Of a stretch of 64,000 nt of DNA, positions 40,401 to 51,526 are shown one piece after another. Source of the stretch: Dehalococcoidia bacterium. GTDB taxonomy: Bacteria > Chloroflexota > Dehalococcoidia > GIF9 > AB-539-J10. Within the stretch, counting starts at the first letter, position 1, and each line of letters starts with the position of its first letter. Position numbers and translations under genes: made by a program. A model generated the notes under the pieces. It was given only the letters and a program-made list of their open reading frames with translations, did not search any database and was not told the DNA's origin. The stretch covers positions 101,492-165,491 of the forward strand of contig JAUWOR010000003.1 in assembly GCA_030612025.1 (NCBI GenBank). The letters are read 5' to 3'.

Positions 40401-40712
40401 TCAGTCAATCACTTCACCACAAGAGCGACAAACCCGCACCCGCCGTCCATCATCAAGAGAACAAACCCCGACCCGTGCAGGCTTACCACACTTACTGCAC
40501 AGCAACATTACATTAGATACATGAAGGGGGGCTTCAAGCTCGATTATACCAGCTTGCCGCGCTCTACCTCGGGTTCGAGAATGCCGCTTAACAATATTAA
40601 GCCCCTTCACCACTACTTTATCTTCCTTAGGGAAAACACGATGCACCTTTCCCTTTTTCCCTATGTCCTTGCCAGCAATAATGACAACAGTATCACCCTT
40701 TCTAACTTTCAT
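40401..40712 (-). CDS. rplX: 50S ribosomal protein L24
   Basis: [26 protein letters not shown]. Confidence 0.97.
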   Translation of the reverse strand: MKVRKGDTVVIIAGKDIGKKGKVHRVFPKEDKVVVKGLNIVKRHSRTRGRARQAGIIELEAPLHVSNVMLLCSKCGKPARVGVCSLDDGRRVRVCRSCGEVID

Positions 40713-40713
40713 T

Positions 40714-41082
40714 TCACACAACCTCCGGGGCTAAGGAGATTATCTTAGTATAATTCTTGCTTCTAAGTTCTCGGGCTACGGGACCAGAAATGCGACTCCC
40801 TTTAGGATTATTCTTATCACCTAGAATAACCGCGGCATTTTCATCAAATCTGATACAGGAGCCATCAAGTCGGCGATAAGGCTTAGCAACACGTACAACT
40901 ACAGCTCGCACTACCTCACCCGCCTTTACCATCCCACGCGGCATAGCTTGCTTCACCGTAACCACAACGACGTCACCAACATGCGCATATCTCCTTCTAG
41001 TCCCACCAAGTACATTGATGCACATAATCTGTTTCGCCCCTGTATTATCAGCTACTTTAAGTCTGGTGTAAGTCTGAATCAT
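40714..41082 (-). CDS. rplN: 50S ribosomal protein L14
   Basis: [28 protein letters not shown]. Confidence 0.98.
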   Translation of the reverse strand: MIQTYTRLKVADNTGAKQIMCINVLGGTRRRYAHVGDVVVVTVKQAMPRGMVKAGEVVRAVVVRVAKPYRRLDGSCIRFDENAAVILGDKNNPKGSRISGPVARELRSKNYTKIISLAPEVV

Positions 41083-41084
41083 CT

Positions 41085-41357
41085 TTATCTACTTTCAACT
41101 GATTTACTTTTGGATATAATCTCTATGACACACCATCGTTTCTCCTTAGACAAGGGGCGTGTCTCCAAAATCTTCACCCTGTCTCCAACTTTGCAGACAT
41201 TACCCCTATCATGAACTTTATATTTCTTGGTGCGCTTGATAGCCTTTTTATAAAGTGGATGACGCCTTAAAGTTTCTACCGCTACTACCACAGTTTTGTC
41301 CATCTTATCACTCACTACCCGCCCAACTCTAACTTTTCTTTTCCCGATATAGCTCAT
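41085..41357 (-). CDS. rpsQ: 30S ribosomal protein S17
   Basis: [22 protein letters not shown]. Confidence 0.98.
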   Translation of the reverse strand: MSYIGKRKVRVGRVVSDKMDKTVVVAVETLRRHPLYKKAIKRTKKYKVHDRGNVCKVGDRVKILETRPLSKEKRWCVIEIISKSKSVESR

Positions 41358-41551
41358 CTTATGCCAAGCTCTCTTTCCGCTAAAATAGTTTTCATCCTGG
41401 CAATCTTCTTTTTAACTCTAGGAATCTCACGGTGGTTGACTAGCTGCCGAGTAGCCAGTTGAAAACGGAGATTAAAAAGCTCTTCATGCGCCTCTTCTAG
41501 CTTCTTTAGTAGCTCCTCATTGCTGAGAACACGAATTTGATCAGCTTTCAC
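41354..41551 (-). CDS. rpmC: 50S ribosomal protein L29
   Basis: [16 protein letters not shown]; GTG start. Confidence 0.95.
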   Translation of the reverse strand: MKADQIRVLSNEELLKKLEEAHEELFNLRFQLATRQLVNHREIPRVKKKIARMKTILAERELGIR

Positions 41552-41963
41552 CTTTGTCCTCTCTCTCCGCAAAGCTAGCAGTAATAGGAAGTTTATAGCA
41601 AGCAAGATGCACCGCCTCTCGAGCCGCGCTCTCGCTTATGCCCTCTAACTCAAATATGATTCTCCCCCGCTTAACCACAGCCACCCAATGATCAGGAGCA
41701 CCTTTACCACCACCCATCCTCGTTTCCGCTGGTTTTTTGGTCACAACTTTGTCTGGGAAAATACGTATCCACAGCCGACCACCACGCCGCAAATAGCGCG
41801 TTAAGACGCGGCGTGCTGCTTCAATTTGCCTTGCCGTCACCCAGGCAGACTCCTCAGCCCTCAAGGCAAAATCACCAAAAACAATAGTATCCCCACTGTG
41901 AGCTCTGCCTTTTAGTCGCCCACGGTGAACTTTACGATACTTCACTCGCTTCGGTTGTAACAC
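41541..41963 (-). CDS. rplP: 50S ribosomal protein L16
   Basis: [23 protein letters not shown]. Confidence 0.98.
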   Translation of the reverse strand: MLQPKRVKYRKVHRGRLKGRAHSGDTIVFGDFALRAEESAWVTARQIEAARRVLTRYLRRGGRLWIRIFPDKVVTKKPAETRMGGGKGAPDHWVAVVKRGRIIFELEGISESAAREAVHLACYKLPITASFAEREDKGES

Positions 41964-42603
41964 TTTCTCTCCTCATCTTAGAAGCAATATCGCCTTTATA
42001 AATCCACACCTTGACTCCAATACGCCCCATCACAGTATGCGCTTCGACAAGACCATAACTAATATCGGCACACAATTTATGCAACGGCATTTGACCTTCA
42101 TGAAGACTCCAAGATCTAGCAATTTCAGCCCCGCCAAGCCTCCCAGCACATCTTATCTTTATCCCTTTGGCACCAGCCTGCATGGTTCGAAAGGCAGCTT
42201 GTTTCATTACTCGACGGTAGGGTATCCTGCCTTCAATTCGCTCAGCTATGCTTCGAGCCACTAAACAAGCTTCAAGTTGAGGGTGCTCAACTTCTCTGAT
42301 AGTCAATCTAACTCTCTCACCGCTAATCTTTTCCAATTCTGACCTTAGTGCTTCTACATTTTGCCCTCCCCGACCAATCAAAATGCCAGGATGGGCAGAA
42401 TAAAGAGTTAAACATAGCTCACCCCCTGGTCGTTCGATTTCCGCCCGAACAACACCTCCCCCAGAGCACCTCTGCTCAATAACTTTGCGTAGCTTTAGAT
42501 CATCCAGCAAAAAACGAGTATAGTTCTTTTCAGCATACCACTTAGCTGACCAATCACGAGTAATGCCTAATCTGAACCCATAAGGATGAACTTTTTGTCC
42601 CAA
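41932..42603 (-). CDS. rpsC: 30S ribosomal protein S3
   Basis: [29 protein letters not shown]. Confidence 0.98.
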   Translation of the reverse strand: MGQKVHPYGFRLGITRDWSAKWYAEKNYTRFLLDDLKLRKVIEQRCSGGGVVRAEIERPGGELCLTLYSAHPGILIGRGGQNVEALRSELEKISGERVRLTIREVEHPQLEACLVARSIAERIEGRIPYRRVMKQAAFRTMQAGAKGIKIRCAGRLGGAEIARSWSLHEGQMPLHKLCADISYGLVEAHTVMGRIGVKVWIYKGDIASKMRRESVTTEASEVS

Positions 42604-42605
42604 AA

Positions 42606-42941
42606 TTACTCCCTCTCCTCAACAAAAACTGTAATATGGCTAGATCGCTTCAAAATAGGGCTCACCCGCCCTCTTGCCTGGGGACGGAACCTCTTTAAAG
42701 TATGCCCTGAATCAGCAAAAATGCCACTGATTCTAAGATCAGTAGGCGACATTTGAAAATTGTTCTCAGCGTTAGCCGCCGCTGATTTAATTACTTTAGC
42801 CACAGCTTTCGCTGAAGGAGTAGGCAAAAATTTGAGAATAGTCAAGGCTTCATCAACTTTTTTATCTCTAACCATATCTATCACCAAACGAACTTTCCGA
42901 GGTGAAATACCAATATCTTTAGCTACAGCTCTTACTTTCAC
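42606..42941 (-). CDS. rplV: 50S ribosomal protein L22
   Basis: SPRKVRLV, SAAANAE, RPQARGR. Confidence 0.98.
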   Translation of the reverse strand: MKVRAVAKDIGISPRKVRLVIDMVRDKKVDEALTILKFLPTPSAKAVAKVIKSAAANAENNFQMSPTDLRISGIFADSGHTLKRFRPQARGRVSPILKRSSHITVFVEERE

Positions 42942-42947
42942 CAGGAC

Positions 42948-43235
42948 TTATCTCCTTGCCTGCACGGTTACTTTAGCTTTCGTAGCGTGCCCTCTAAATG
43001 TACGAGTAGGCACAAACTCAGCCAACTTATGCCCCACCATATTCTCAGTGATAAAAATGGGCACGTGCTTCCTGCCATTATGCACCGCAATGGTGTGCCC
43101 TATCATCTGCGGCAAAATAGTAGAGGCTCGGGACCAGGTCTTTATCACCGCCTTCTCCCCTGAACTATTGAGCCCCTCTATCCTCTTAAGTAATTTAGCA
43201 TCACAATAGGGACCCTTTTTAAGCGACCGTGACAT
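42948..43235 (-). CDS. rpsS: 30S ribosomal protein S19
   Basis: [26 protein letters not shown]. Confidence 0.98.
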   Translation of the reverse strand: MSRSLKKGPYCDAKLLKRIEGLNSSGEKAVIKTWSRASTILPQMIGHTIAVHNGRKHVPIFITENMVGHKLAEFVPTRTFRGHATKAKVTVQARR

Positions 43236-43236
43236 T

Positions 43237-44058
43237 CTATTTCCTCCGTTGGACAATCAATTTATTCGAAATTTTGTTAGGCTTTCGTGTCTTGCGCCCC
43301 AAGGCTGGCTTCCCCCAAGGTGTTTTGGGAGGCATCCCTCGTGGAGCTCTGCCTTCACCACCCCCATGAGGATGGTCTCGAGGGCTCATAGCAGATCCTC
43401 GAACTGAAGGACGTATACCCAACCACCGGTTACATCCAGCTTTCCCTAATCTTATATTCTTGTGGTCAATATTGCCTATCTGGCCAATAGTAGCCCAGCA
43501 TCTATGGTGAAATTTGCGTAATTCCCCTGAAGGGAGTCTAAGCAAAACATAATTACCTTCCTTACTCATAATTTGAGCCGCACTTCCAGCACTGTGGACA
43601 AGCTGCCCGCCTTTGCCGGGCGCAAATTCAACATTATGAACTAGAGCGCCCACGGTGATTGAGCCCAGTGGCAAGGCATTGCCAGGTTTTATCTCAACCT
43701 CATCACCTGCCTTCACAGTATCGCCTATTTCAAGACCCAAAGGGGCAAGGATATAGCGTTTTTCCCCATCACTGTAGTGAATTAAAGCAATTCGAGCTAA
43801 CCTGTTAGGGTCATATTCAATAGAGGCTACCTTCCCGGGGATACCAATCTTATCTCTCTTAAAATCGATAATACGAAGTTTGCGCTTACTTCCCCCACCT
43901 CGATGACGCACCGTTATCACGCCGCGGTTATTGCGTCCTGCCTTTCTCTTCAATGATACAAGCAAGGATTTCTCAGGAGCCACCTTGCTTAGCTCCTCAA
44001 AATTGGCACTAACCTTCCCTCTCCTGCTTGGAGAAGTTGGCTTATAAGTCTTCAACAT
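43237..44058 (-). CDS. rplB: 50S ribosomal protein L2
   Basis: [25 protein letters not shown]. Confidence 0.98.
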   Translation of the reverse strand: MLKTYKPTSPSRRGKVSANFEELSKVAPEKSLLVSLKRKAGRNNRGVITVRHRGGGSKRKLRIIDFKRDKIGIPGKVASIEYDPNRLARIALIHYSDGEKRYILAPLGLEIGDTVKAGDEVEIKPGNALPLGSITVGALVHNVEFAPGKGGQLVHSAGSAAQIMSKEGNYVLLRLPSGELRKFHHRCWATIGQIGNIDHKNIRLGKAGCNRWLGIRPSVRGSAMSPRDHPHGGGEGRAPRGMPPKTPWGKPALGRKTRKPNKISNKLIVQRRK

Positions 44059-44081
44059 TACAGATCATCTCCAATTCTTCC

Positions 44082-44177
44082 TTACGGATGCCTTCTTTGC
44101 CAACGAGTCTTCTTAAGAAGCTTCTTATGTTGATGCTTCGACATCTTTTTCTTTCTCCACTTAACAACTGATCCCAT
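44082..44177 (-). CDS. bS22-like (AURKAIP1/COX24, DUF1713) small basic ribosomal protein, 31 aa (not in the ORF track)
   Basis: MGSVVKWRKKKMSKHQHKKLLKKTRWQRRHP*, closely resembling mycobacterial bS22 ([25 protein letters not shown]...). Confidence 0.85.
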   Translation of the reverse strand: MGSVVKWRKKKMSKHQHKKLLKKTRWQRRHP

Positions 44178-44179
44178 TA

Positions 44180-44266
44180 GAAATTCAAAAATTAAAATGC
44201 AAAGATCAAAATTATAACTGAAAATTCAAAACTTTTGCCTTTTTCATTTTGCTTTTTTATTTTCTT
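44180..44266. repeat. AT-rich heptamer inverted-repeat element between rplW and the bS22-like gene
   Basis: Near-identical to 45806-45892. Confidence 0.85.
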
Positions 44267-44551
44267 TTAAACACCTTCAAAAAAGGTGATTTTATTTTCC
44301 GGCTCTAAGCTAACTATCGCTTTCTTCCAAGATGGGCTTGTCACTTCTCGCCTACCCATTCTCTTCGTCTTCCCTGAAACAGTTATTATATTAACCTTAA
44401 CTACCTCCACCTTAAAAGCTTTCTCCACTGCCTCCTTAATCTGAGGCTTAGTAGCTTCCTTAGCCACCTCAAAGACATATTTATTCCCTTCCTTAAGCAA
44501 GGTAGCTTTCTCCGTAATTAAAGGACGACGCAACACCTCATAAAGATGCAT
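44267..44551 (-). CDS. rplW: 50S ribosomal protein L23
   Basis: PLITEKA, KPQIKEAVE, WKKAIV. Confidence 0.97.
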   Translation of the reverse strand: MHLYEVLRRPLITEKATLLKEGNKYVFEVAKEATKPQIKEAVEKAFKVEVVKVNIITVSGKTKRMGRREVTSPSWKKAIVSLEPENKITFFEGV

Positions 44552-45185
44552 TTTTAATTACCTCTCGCCCCCAGATTCTCTCTATATTACGTAGCGCAGG
44601 AACAGTAATTATTAGCGTTTTATAAGAAAGTAAATCCAATACGTTAATTAGAGCGGAAGGCAGGACTTTAGAATTAGCTAAATTACGAGCCGCTTTAACT
44701 ACATTACGATTGGAATGCTCAGTAACAATTAAAGCAGTGGAATTAACATCAAGTGCCGACAGAATATCAACCACGTCTTTCGTCCGTGACATTTCAAAGG
44801 CAAGCTCTTCTATCACCTTCATGTCCTTCTCTCTAGCTTTAGAGGAAAGAACACACTTTAAGGCTAAGCGCCTCATCTTCTTAGGCATGGATTGATAATA
44901 TGACCGCGGTTTAGGCCCAAAAACTACTCCTCCGCCCCTGAGCAGGGGTGATTTTATATCTCCCCTCCTCGCCCTGCCGGTATGCTTCTGGGAAAAAAGT
45001 TTCCTTGTACTTCCCCTAACTTCACCCCTCGTCTTCGTAGATGCGGTTCCTTGACGCTTATTAGCTAGCTGCCTCACCATTGCCTGATGAACCACTGCTT
45101 CATTAAAGGAAATGCCAAAAACATCCTCACCAAGCTCCACTTGGTCAACAACCTCACCCTTTAAACTATAAACAGGAACTCGCAT
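44538..45185 (-). CDS. rplD: 50S ribosomal protein L4
   Basis: RQGTASTKTRGEV, QKHTGRAR, GGVVFGPKPR. Confidence 0.98.
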   Translation of the reverse strand: MRVPVYSLKGEVVDQVELGEDVFGISFNEAVVHQAMVRQLANKRQGTASTKTRGEVRGSTRKLFSQKHTGRARRGDIKSPLLRGGGVVFGPKPRSYYQSMPKKMRRLALKCVLSSKAREKDMKVIEELAFEMSRTKDVVDILSALDVNSTALIVTEHSNRNVVKAARNLANSKVLPSALINVLDLLSYKTLIITVPALRNIERIWGREVIKNASL

Positions 45186-45188
45186 TTT

Positions 45189-45803
45189 CTACTTCCCCAC
45201 CTTTTCAATAATTAGCAACCCTTTCCTAGCCCCAGGCACTGCTCCTTCGATCAGAAGTAAGTTACGGCTTATGTCAACCCCTACCACTTCAAGATTATGT
45301 ACAGTAGTTTTCCTATCTCCCATATGCCCAGCCATGCGCATCCCCTTAAGCACTCGACCAGGAAATGTAGTGGCACCAATAGAACCAGGAGCACGATGGC
45401 GGTCAGATTGCCCATGAGTTTTTGGCCCACCAGCAAAATGGTGGCGCTTCACCACGCCAGCAAAGCCCTTCCCCTTGGATAAGCCGCTTATATTTACAAA
45501 GTCACCCGAGTTCAGGAGGCTGACATCCACTTTATTACCACGCTTAACTGAACTTACATCCTCAGTTCTAAATTCATGGAGATGCCTAACCTTGCCTATC
45601 CCCTGAAGATGTCCTCTTTGTGGAGCATTGAGACGCTTAGCTTCCCCAAAACCTAGCTGGATAGCGTTATAACCATCTTTAGCCTGGCTTTTTACCTGGG
45701 TAACAAAGCAAGGTCCAGCTTCGACGGCAGTTACTGCTACTGCCACTCCATCCTCGCGGAACAGCCGTGTCATACCAACTTTTCTGCCAATAATACCTAA
45801 CAT
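45189..45803 (-). CDS. rplC: 50S ribosomal protein L3
   Basis: GRKVGMT, SKGKGFAGVVKR, RAPGSIG, MAGHMG; start at ATG 45803 (ORF-track extension runs through the repeat). Confidence 0.97.
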   Translation of the reverse strand: MLGIIGRKVGMTRLFREDGVAVAVTAVEAGPCFVTQVKSQAKDGYNAIQLGFGEAKRLNAPQRGHLQGIGKVRHLHEFRTEDVSSVKRGNKVDVSLLNSGDFVNISGLSKGKGFAGVVKRHHFAGGPKTHGQSDRHRAPGSIGATTFPGRVLKGMRMAGHMGDRKTTVHNLEVVGVDISRNLLLIEGAVPGARKGLLIIEKVGK

Positions 45804-45805
45804 TT

Positions 45806-45892
45806 CAAACTCAAAAATTAAAATGCAAAGATCAAAATTATAATTCAAAATTCAAAACTTTTGCATTTTTCATTTTGCTTTTTTATTTCTTT
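45806..45892. repeat. AT-rich heptamer inverted-repeat element between rpsJ and rplC
   Basis: tcaaaaattaaaatgcaaagatcaaaattataa...aaaattcaaaacttttgc.tttttcattttgctttttt. Confidence 0.85.
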
Positions 45893-46201
45893 TTATAACT
45901 TGATATCTATCTCCACACCAGAAGCCAAATTGATTTGGGTCAAAGCGTCTATAGTTTTAGAAGTTGGCTGCAAAATATCGATCAGCCGTTTGTGAGTGCG
46001 GATTTCAAATTGCTCCCTCGAATCCTTATCAATGTTTGGAGAGCGGATGACACAAAATTTCTCTATATGCGTAGGTAAAGGCACCGGGCCAACAACTATG
46101 GCTCCACTACGTTCTACTGCTTCCACTATCTGCCTTACCGCTTGGTCAACTAACCTATGATCAAAACCTTTGATTTTGACGCGAACTTTCTGACTACTCA
46201 T
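45893..46201 (-). CDS. rpsJ: 30S ribosomal protein S10
   Basis: [25 protein letters not shown]. Confidence 0.98.
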   Translation of the reverse strand: MSSQKVRVKIKGFDHRLVDQAVRQIVEAVERSGAIVVGPVPLPTHIEKFCVIRSPNIDKDSREQFEIRTHKRLIDILQPTSKTIDALTQINLASGVEIDIKL

Positions 46202-48274
46202 CTACCTAGCACTGGCCACAATTTGCCCGGTTAAACTGGGGGGCAACTCTTCATAACGATAAAATTCCATAGTATAAGTTGCTCTCCCTTGACTGAGAGA
46301 CCTCAAGTCACCAATAAGGCCAAAAGTTTTCGCTAAGGGAATAAAACAGCGAATAACACAGGGATCTTCACTAGTCTCAATGCTATCAATGCGAGCTCTT
46401 CGGGAATTTAAATCGCTAATGACATCTCCCAAGGATTGAGCCGGAACTAATACCTCCACCTTCATAATTGGTTCCAAGAGTATTGGCTTGGCTTTAGCTA
46501 CACCACGCTTCACTGCCATGGAACCTGCTATCTTAAAAGCCAGATCTGAGGAATCAACCTCGTGGAAACTGCCATCATACAAAATCACTTTAATATCTAC
46601 TATAGGATACCCAGTCAATTGTCCGCTTTGCAAAGCCTCCTTAACCCCAATTCCCACTGCAGGGATAAATTCTTTGGGCACAGCTCCGCTTCGGATTTGG
46701 TCACAAAACTCGAAACCACTGCCTCGCTCACCAGGCTCAAGTCTAAGCCAGACATGCCCATACTGACCTTTGCCACCAGATTGGCGAATAAATCTCCCCT
46801 CAGCTTCTACAGATAGAGTAATCGTCTCTTTATAAGCTACTTGAGGCTTGCCAATTTTTACCTTCACACCAAACTCACGAAACATGCGCTCCGCCAATAC
46901 CTCAAGGTGCAATTCACCCATCCCTGAAATGAGAACTTGACCTGTTTCTGGGTTACTGTGAACCTTAAAGGTAGGATCCTCCTCAGCAAGTTTAGCTAGA
47001 ACATCAGCTAACTTATCTTGGTCTGTTTTTCTCTTGGGCTCGATGGCCATTGAAAGTATCGGCTCAGAGAAATGGATGGATTCAAAAAGCACAGGTCGAG
47101 CAGCATCACAAAGGGTATCTCCTGTAGACGTCCTCCTAAGCCCCACAGTAGCTACAATGCTGCCAGTATCAGCTTCATCGACCTCTTCGCGACGACTGGC
47201 GTGCATAACATACAACCTTCCCAAACGTTCTTTCTCTCCCTTGGAAACATTAATAACCTGTGCCCCAGCCTTTACCTTGCCCGAATATATGCGTAGGTAG
47301 GTTAACCTGCCCATAAACGGATCAGAAACAACCTTAAAGGCTAAAGCTGAAAGGGGCTCATCGTCGCTTGTGCGACAAAAGATTTTTTTTCCATCTCTGG
47401 GATTTATAGCACACGCAGAGGGAATATCCAAAGGCGAAGGGAGATAGGCTACAATAGCATCAAGCAAAGGTTGAATTCCCTTACCTCTCAAAGCACTGCC
47501 ACAAAGAATAGGCACTATCTGGTTAGCTATGGTCAATCTTCTTACCACTGTTTTGAGTTGAGAAACAGGAATTTCTTGACCCTCAAGATACTTAAGCATG
47601 ATCTGGTCATCGCTTTCAGCTAATTTTTCCATGAGCTCTTGGCGGTATTTAGCCACAACAGTTTTATCACCTTCCGGTATAGCTTCCTCCACTGGCATCA
47701 GATAAGGATCTTCGGGAAAAGTAATTGCTTTGTTCTCCACAAGATCGATAATCCCTCGGAAGGAACTCTCAGCACCCAAAGGAAGCTGTATGGGTAAAAC
47801 CTTGGCTCGCAATCGTTTCTCGATCATAGTGACGGCGCGATAAAAATCAGCACCAACCCTATCCATCTTATTAATAAAGCAAATCCTGGCTACATTGTAC
47901 TTATCTGCTTGGCGCCACACTGCCTCCGATTGAGCTTCTACTCCAGCCACAGCATCAAGAATCACAACCCCACCATCCAATACCCGAAGGCTACGTTCCA
48001 CCTCAGCAGTGAAGTCCACATGTCCCGGGGTATCGATGATGTTGATGCGCTGCTGGCGCCAGTGGCAAGTGGTAGCTGCCGAAGTAATGGTAATGCCACG
48101 CTCCCGCTCTTGCTGCATCCAATCCATCACCGCTGTTCCTTCATCCACCTCGCCGATCTTATAAGTACGCCCGGTGTGATAAAGAATCCTCTCTGTGGTG
48201 GTAGTTTTGCCAGCATCTATATGAGCAATGATTCCTATATTTCGTATCTCTTCTAAAGGGAAAGTTCGTGACAT
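46202..48274 (-). CDS. fusA: Elongation factor G
   Basis: [48 protein letters not shown]. Confidence 0.98.
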   Translation of the reverse strand: MSRTFPLEEIRNIGIIAHIDAGKTTTTERILYHTGRTYKIGEVDEGTAVMDWMQQERERGITITSAATTCHWRQQRINIIDTPGHVDFTAEVERSLRVLDGGVVILDAVAGVEAQSEAVWRQADKYNVARICFINKMDRVGADFYRAVTMIEKRLRAKVLPIQLPLGAESSFRGIIDLVENKAITFPEDPYLMPVEEAIPEGDKTVVAKYRQELMEKLAESDDQIMLKYLEGQEIPVSQLKTVVRRLTIANQIVPILCGSALRGKGIQPLLDAIVAYLPSPLDIPSACAINPRDGKKIFCRTSDDEPLSALAFKVVSDPFMGRLTYLRIYSGKVKAGAQVINVSKGEKERLGRLYVMHASRREEVDEADTGSIVATVGLRRTSTGDTLCDAARPVLFESIHFSEPILSMAIEPKRKTDQDKLADVLAKLAEEDPTFKVHSNPETGQVLISGMGELHLEVLAERMFREFGVKVKIGKPQVAYKETITLSVEAEGRFIRQSGGKGQYGHVWLRLEPGERGSGFEFCDQIRSGAVPKEFIPAVGIGVKEALQSGQLTGYPIVDIKVILYDGSFHEVDSSDLAFKIAGSMAVKRGVAKAKPILLEPIMKVEVLVPAQSLGDVISDLNSRRARIDSIETSEDPCVIRCFIPLAKTFGLIGDLRSLSQGRATYTMEFYRYEELPPSLTGQIVASAR

Positions 48275-48316
48275 AAGCTTATCCTTTACCTCGAGTACCG
48301 CTTTCACTCTAATTTC

Positions 48317-48790
48317 TCACCAGCGAAAATGAGCAAAGGCTTTGTTAGCCTCAGCCATCCTATGAAGATTCTCGCGTTTCTTAATTGTTGCTCCTTGGCC
48401 CTGAGCAGCGTCGGTTAACTCAGCTGCTAACTTCTCCGCCATAGACTTTCCGCTACGCGCCCGCGCCGAGGTGACGAGCCAGCGCATGGCCAGAGAGCGC
48501 CCACGGCCTCTTTCTGTCTCAACGGGGACCTGATAAGTAGCACCGCCAACACGACGTGGCTTAACCATAAGCAGCGGCGTGGCATTCCCAATCGCCTGTT
48601 CCAAAGCTTCCACAGGAGCGCTATCGAGTTGCTGCGCAGTAATCAACAGGGCATCATAGGCAATACGCTCAGCTGTAGCTTTTTGCCCTCTCAGCATAAT
48701 CTTATTAATAAATTTAGCCACCGTGAGGCTACCATATTTAGCATCAGGAGCTATCACTCTTTTTACTACTTTCCCAGCTCTCCTTGGCAT
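48317..48790 (-). CDS. rpsG: 30S ribosomal protein S7
   Basis: RRVGGATYQVP, HRMAEANKAFAH. Confidence 0.98.
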   Translation of the reverse strand: MPRRAGKVVKRVIAPDAKYGSLTVAKFINKIMLRGQKATAERIAYDALLITAQQLDSAPVEALEQAIGNATPLLMVKPRRVGGATYQVPVETERGRGRSLAMRWLVTSARARSGKSMAEKLAAELTDAAQGQGATIKKRENLHRMAEANKAFAHFRW

Positions 48791-48802
48791 TTAATACCCT
48801 CG

Positions 48803-49219
48803 CTACTTTTCAGGTTTCTTAGAGCCATACCCACTGCGGCCTCGTTTCCGGTTAGCCACTCCCTCAGTATCCAAAGTGCCACGAATAATATGATAGCGAA
48901 TTCCAGGAACATCCTTAACTCTGCCTCCACGAATCAAAACTATCGACCTCTCCTGTAAGTTATGCCCTTCGCCAGGAATGTAAGCATTCACTTCCATACC
49001 ATTAGTTAACCTTACACGGGCAACCTTACGCAGTGCTGAGTTAGGCTTTTTCGGCGTAACAGTCTTAACCTGAATGCAAACGCCTCGTTTCTGAGGCGAC
49101 CCTTGAGTCCACTTGCTCTCGCCTTTCATAGCATTATACCTAAGACGCAACGCTGAAGCCTTAATTCGCTTGCCAGGCTTTCGTCGCCCCTTGCGAACAA
49201 GCTGATTAACTGTTGACAT
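48803..49219 (-). CDS. rpsL: 30S ribosomal protein S12
   Basis: [32 protein letters not shown]. Confidence 0.98.
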   Translation of the reverse strand: MSTVNQLVRKGRRKPGKRIKASALRLRYNAMKGESKWTQGSPQKRGVCIQVKTVTPKKPNSALRKVARVRLTNGMEVNAYIPGEGHNLQERSIVLIRGGRVKDVPGIRYHIIRGTLDTEGVANRKRGRSGYGSKKPEK

Positions 49220-49559
49220 TTCTACAACCCTTGATATTTTAGGCAATCAAAAAGCCGCCTAGTTATTATACCGGCCTACTTACTTTCGAAAATCCTGCCC
49301 GGCTTCAACTAGCCGACTTTCTTAGACCTATAACCTTTTTTACTTTTCAGTAGACGCCAAGTTTTTATTTTAACATAAGAGAATAATAAAGGTCAACTAA
49401 ACAAATTTGGCTTACAAATTGATGGCAACCGCCCTGACCATTTTCTGGCGGTCAAAAAGAGAGCCAGTCACTGGAAGAGCAACTTGAAGGAGAAAGGCTT
49501 TGAGGGGTTGAATAATAAGGGCTATAATGCTCAAATTAAGGACTAAATAAAATAATAAG

Positions 49560-51431
49560 ATGAAAAGCCTTAATAATATCTTAAACCAAGTTTCCAAACC
49601 TGCTCGCTATACCGGAGGTGAGTGGAATAGCATCGCTAAGGAATGGGAAGTAACACCTATTAAAATTGCCTTGTGCTATCCCGAGGTCTATGAAATTGGC
49701 ATGTCTAATCTGGCGTTACCTATCCTCTATGAGATACTGAATTATCAGCCAGATGTATTGGCAGAGAGAGTTTACGCTCCTTGGGTAGACATGGAAACTG
49801 CTTTGCAAAAACAAAATATGCCACTTTTCAGCTTAGAATCTAAACACCCAGTAAAGGAATTTGATATTATTGGCTTTTCTTTAGGCTATGAGCTTACTTA
49901 CACCAATGTGTTAAATGTCCTCAACCTAGCTCAAATTCCCTTATTTAGCCCCCAGAGGGAAGATTCATACCCTTTGGTAATAGCCGGCGGTAGTTGTGCT
50001 CTTAATCCAGAGCCAATGGCGGACTTCATCGACCTGTTTGTAATTGGTGAAGGTGAGGAAGTAATAGTGGAACTGCTGGAAGTCTTTAGATCATATAGGG
50101 GCAACAAAAGAAAGCTACTGCAGCAAGCCGCTAAACTTAACGGCGTTTACATCCCTAGCTTCTACCAAGTCAACTACAGAAAAGATGGCACTATAAACAG
50201 TATTACGCCCAAGATACCTGAAGCTAAACCAAGGATTCACCGCAGGATAGTAACTAAACTACCACCCCCGGTCACTAAGCCAGTTATTCCCTACATCGAG
50301 GTAGTGCATGACCGCGGTAATGTAGAAATTCAGCGAGGTTGTACTCAAGGTTGCCGCTTCTGCCAAGCAGGAATGATTTACCGACCAGTGCGAGAACGCC
50401 CGCAGGAAGAAATTGTAGACGCTGTGGGTAAGCTATTAAAATATTGTGGCTATAATGAGGTGTCTTTGCTTTCCCTTAGCACTGGGGATTATCCTGCTAT
50501 CAAGGAACTCATTGCCGAACTATCACATCAGTATTGTGGAGAATGTCCTTCGCTGCCTCTTCGCTACGCTCAGAGCTTCGGCTCAGGACAGGGCTTGTCT
50601 TTATCCTTACCCAGCCTGCGCCTGAATACATCTGCAGTAAAGGTAATGGATTTACTACCTTCACAGCGCAAAATAACTCTGACCTTTGCTCCCGAGGCAG
50701 GGAGTGAAAGATTACGTCGCATCATTAACAAAAAAATCTCCGAAGAGACAATATTAGAAATACTAACTGCCGCCTTGGATAGAGGCTGGACAAATCTCAA
50801 GTTATATTTCATGGTGGGGTTGCCCAGTGAAACCATGGACGACGTGCATAGCATCATTGGACTAGTAGCCAAGATACGCCACTTAAAACAAAATTTTAGA
50901 CTGCAAATTAGCACTTCTACCTTTATTCCCAAGCCCCATACCCCTTGCCAATGGTTAGCCCAAGAAACAGAGGAGCAGCTGCTCCCCAAATATGACATAT
51001 TAAAACAAGGGTTGCGACGCGAACGAGTGAGATTCTCATGGTCTGACCCTAAGATAAGCCAAATTGAAGCAGCTTTATCCCGAGGTGACCGCCGCTTGGG
51101 TAAGGTTATCTATCACGCTTGGCAACTGGGCTGCAAATTCGATGCTTGGAGTGAACACTTTAATTATCAAAGGTGGCTTGACTCTTTTAAGCAATATGAA
51201 CTTGATCCTTCCTTCTATGCTAATCGAGAGCGAGACCTGGATGAGATATTGCCCTGGGACCACATTGATGTCGGGGTAACTCCCGAGTTTCTTAAAAGAG
51301 AGTATCATAACCTCTGGCAGGAAAAGGAGACTCCAGATTGTCATCACGGAAAGTGTAACGGCTGTGGATTACAGAGGTGGCAACCTATCTGCCAAGACAA
51401 ATATAAAATGCGTGAGGCTTTTCCGCCTTAA
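49560..51431 (+). CDS. TIGR03960-family B12-binding radical SAM protein
   Basis: KPARYTGGE, YEIGMSNL, RGCTQGCRFC (CxxxCxxC), FAPEAG. Confidence 0.9.
   Translation: MKSLNNILNQVSKPARYTGGEWNSIAKEWEVTPIKIALCYPEVYEIGMSNLALPILYEILNYQPDVLAERVYAPWVDMETALQKQNMPLFSLESKHPVKEFDIIGFSLGYELTYTNVLNVLNLAQIPLFSPQREDSYPLVIAGGSCALNPEPMADFIDLFVIGEGEEVIVELLEVFRSYRGNKRKLLQQAAKLNGVYIPSFYQVNYRKDGTINSITPKIPEAKPRIHRRIVTKLPPPVTKPVIPYIEVVHDRGNVEIQRGCTQGCRFCQAGMIYRPVRERPQEEIVDAVGKLLKYCGYNEVSLLSLSTGDYPAIKELIAELSHQYCGECPSLPLRYAQSFGSGQGLSLSLPSLRLNTSAVKVMDLLPSQRKITLTFAPEAGSERLRRIINKKISEETILEILTAALDRGWTNLKLYFMVGLPSETMDDVHSIIGLVAKIRHLKQNFRLQISTSTFIPKPHTPCQWLAQETEEQLLPKYDILKQGLRRERVRFSWSDPKISQIEAALSRGDRRLGKVIYHAWQLGCKFDAWSEHFNYQRWLDSFKQYELDPSFYANRERDLDEILPWDHIDVGVTPEFLKREYHNLWQEKETPDCHHGKCNGCGLQRWQPICQDKYKMREAFPP
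50544..50590. repeat. Palindromic element in frame within the radical SAM gene
   Basis: tgtccttcgctgcctcttcgctacgctcagagcttcggctcaggaca encodes CPSLPLRYAQSFGSGQ; shares its core with the dnaE insert at 5152. Confidence 0.8.
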
Positions 51432-51432
51432 T

Positions 51433-51493
51433 GTAGTGCGACCCTAAAGGGTCGTGCCGTCATTATTGTATGAGGCTCAAGCCTCATACCTAC
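51433..51493. repeat. GTAG...CTAC REP doublet between convergent genes
   Basis: gtagtgcgaccctaaagggtcgtgc ... gtatgaggctcaagcctcatacctac. Confidence 0.65.
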
Positions 51494-51526
51494 ATTATTA
51501 TACACGGTCTCAATAAAGGTTTAGAC

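Noticed and set aside
46199-46204. No tuf between fusA and rpsJ
   Set aside because: Real, but as far as I recall this order is usual in Dehalococcoidia, with tuf elsewhere; not treated as novel
49412-49597. 61-aa hydrophobic ORF
   Set aside because: Antisense to the radical SAM start and promoter in AT-rich sequence
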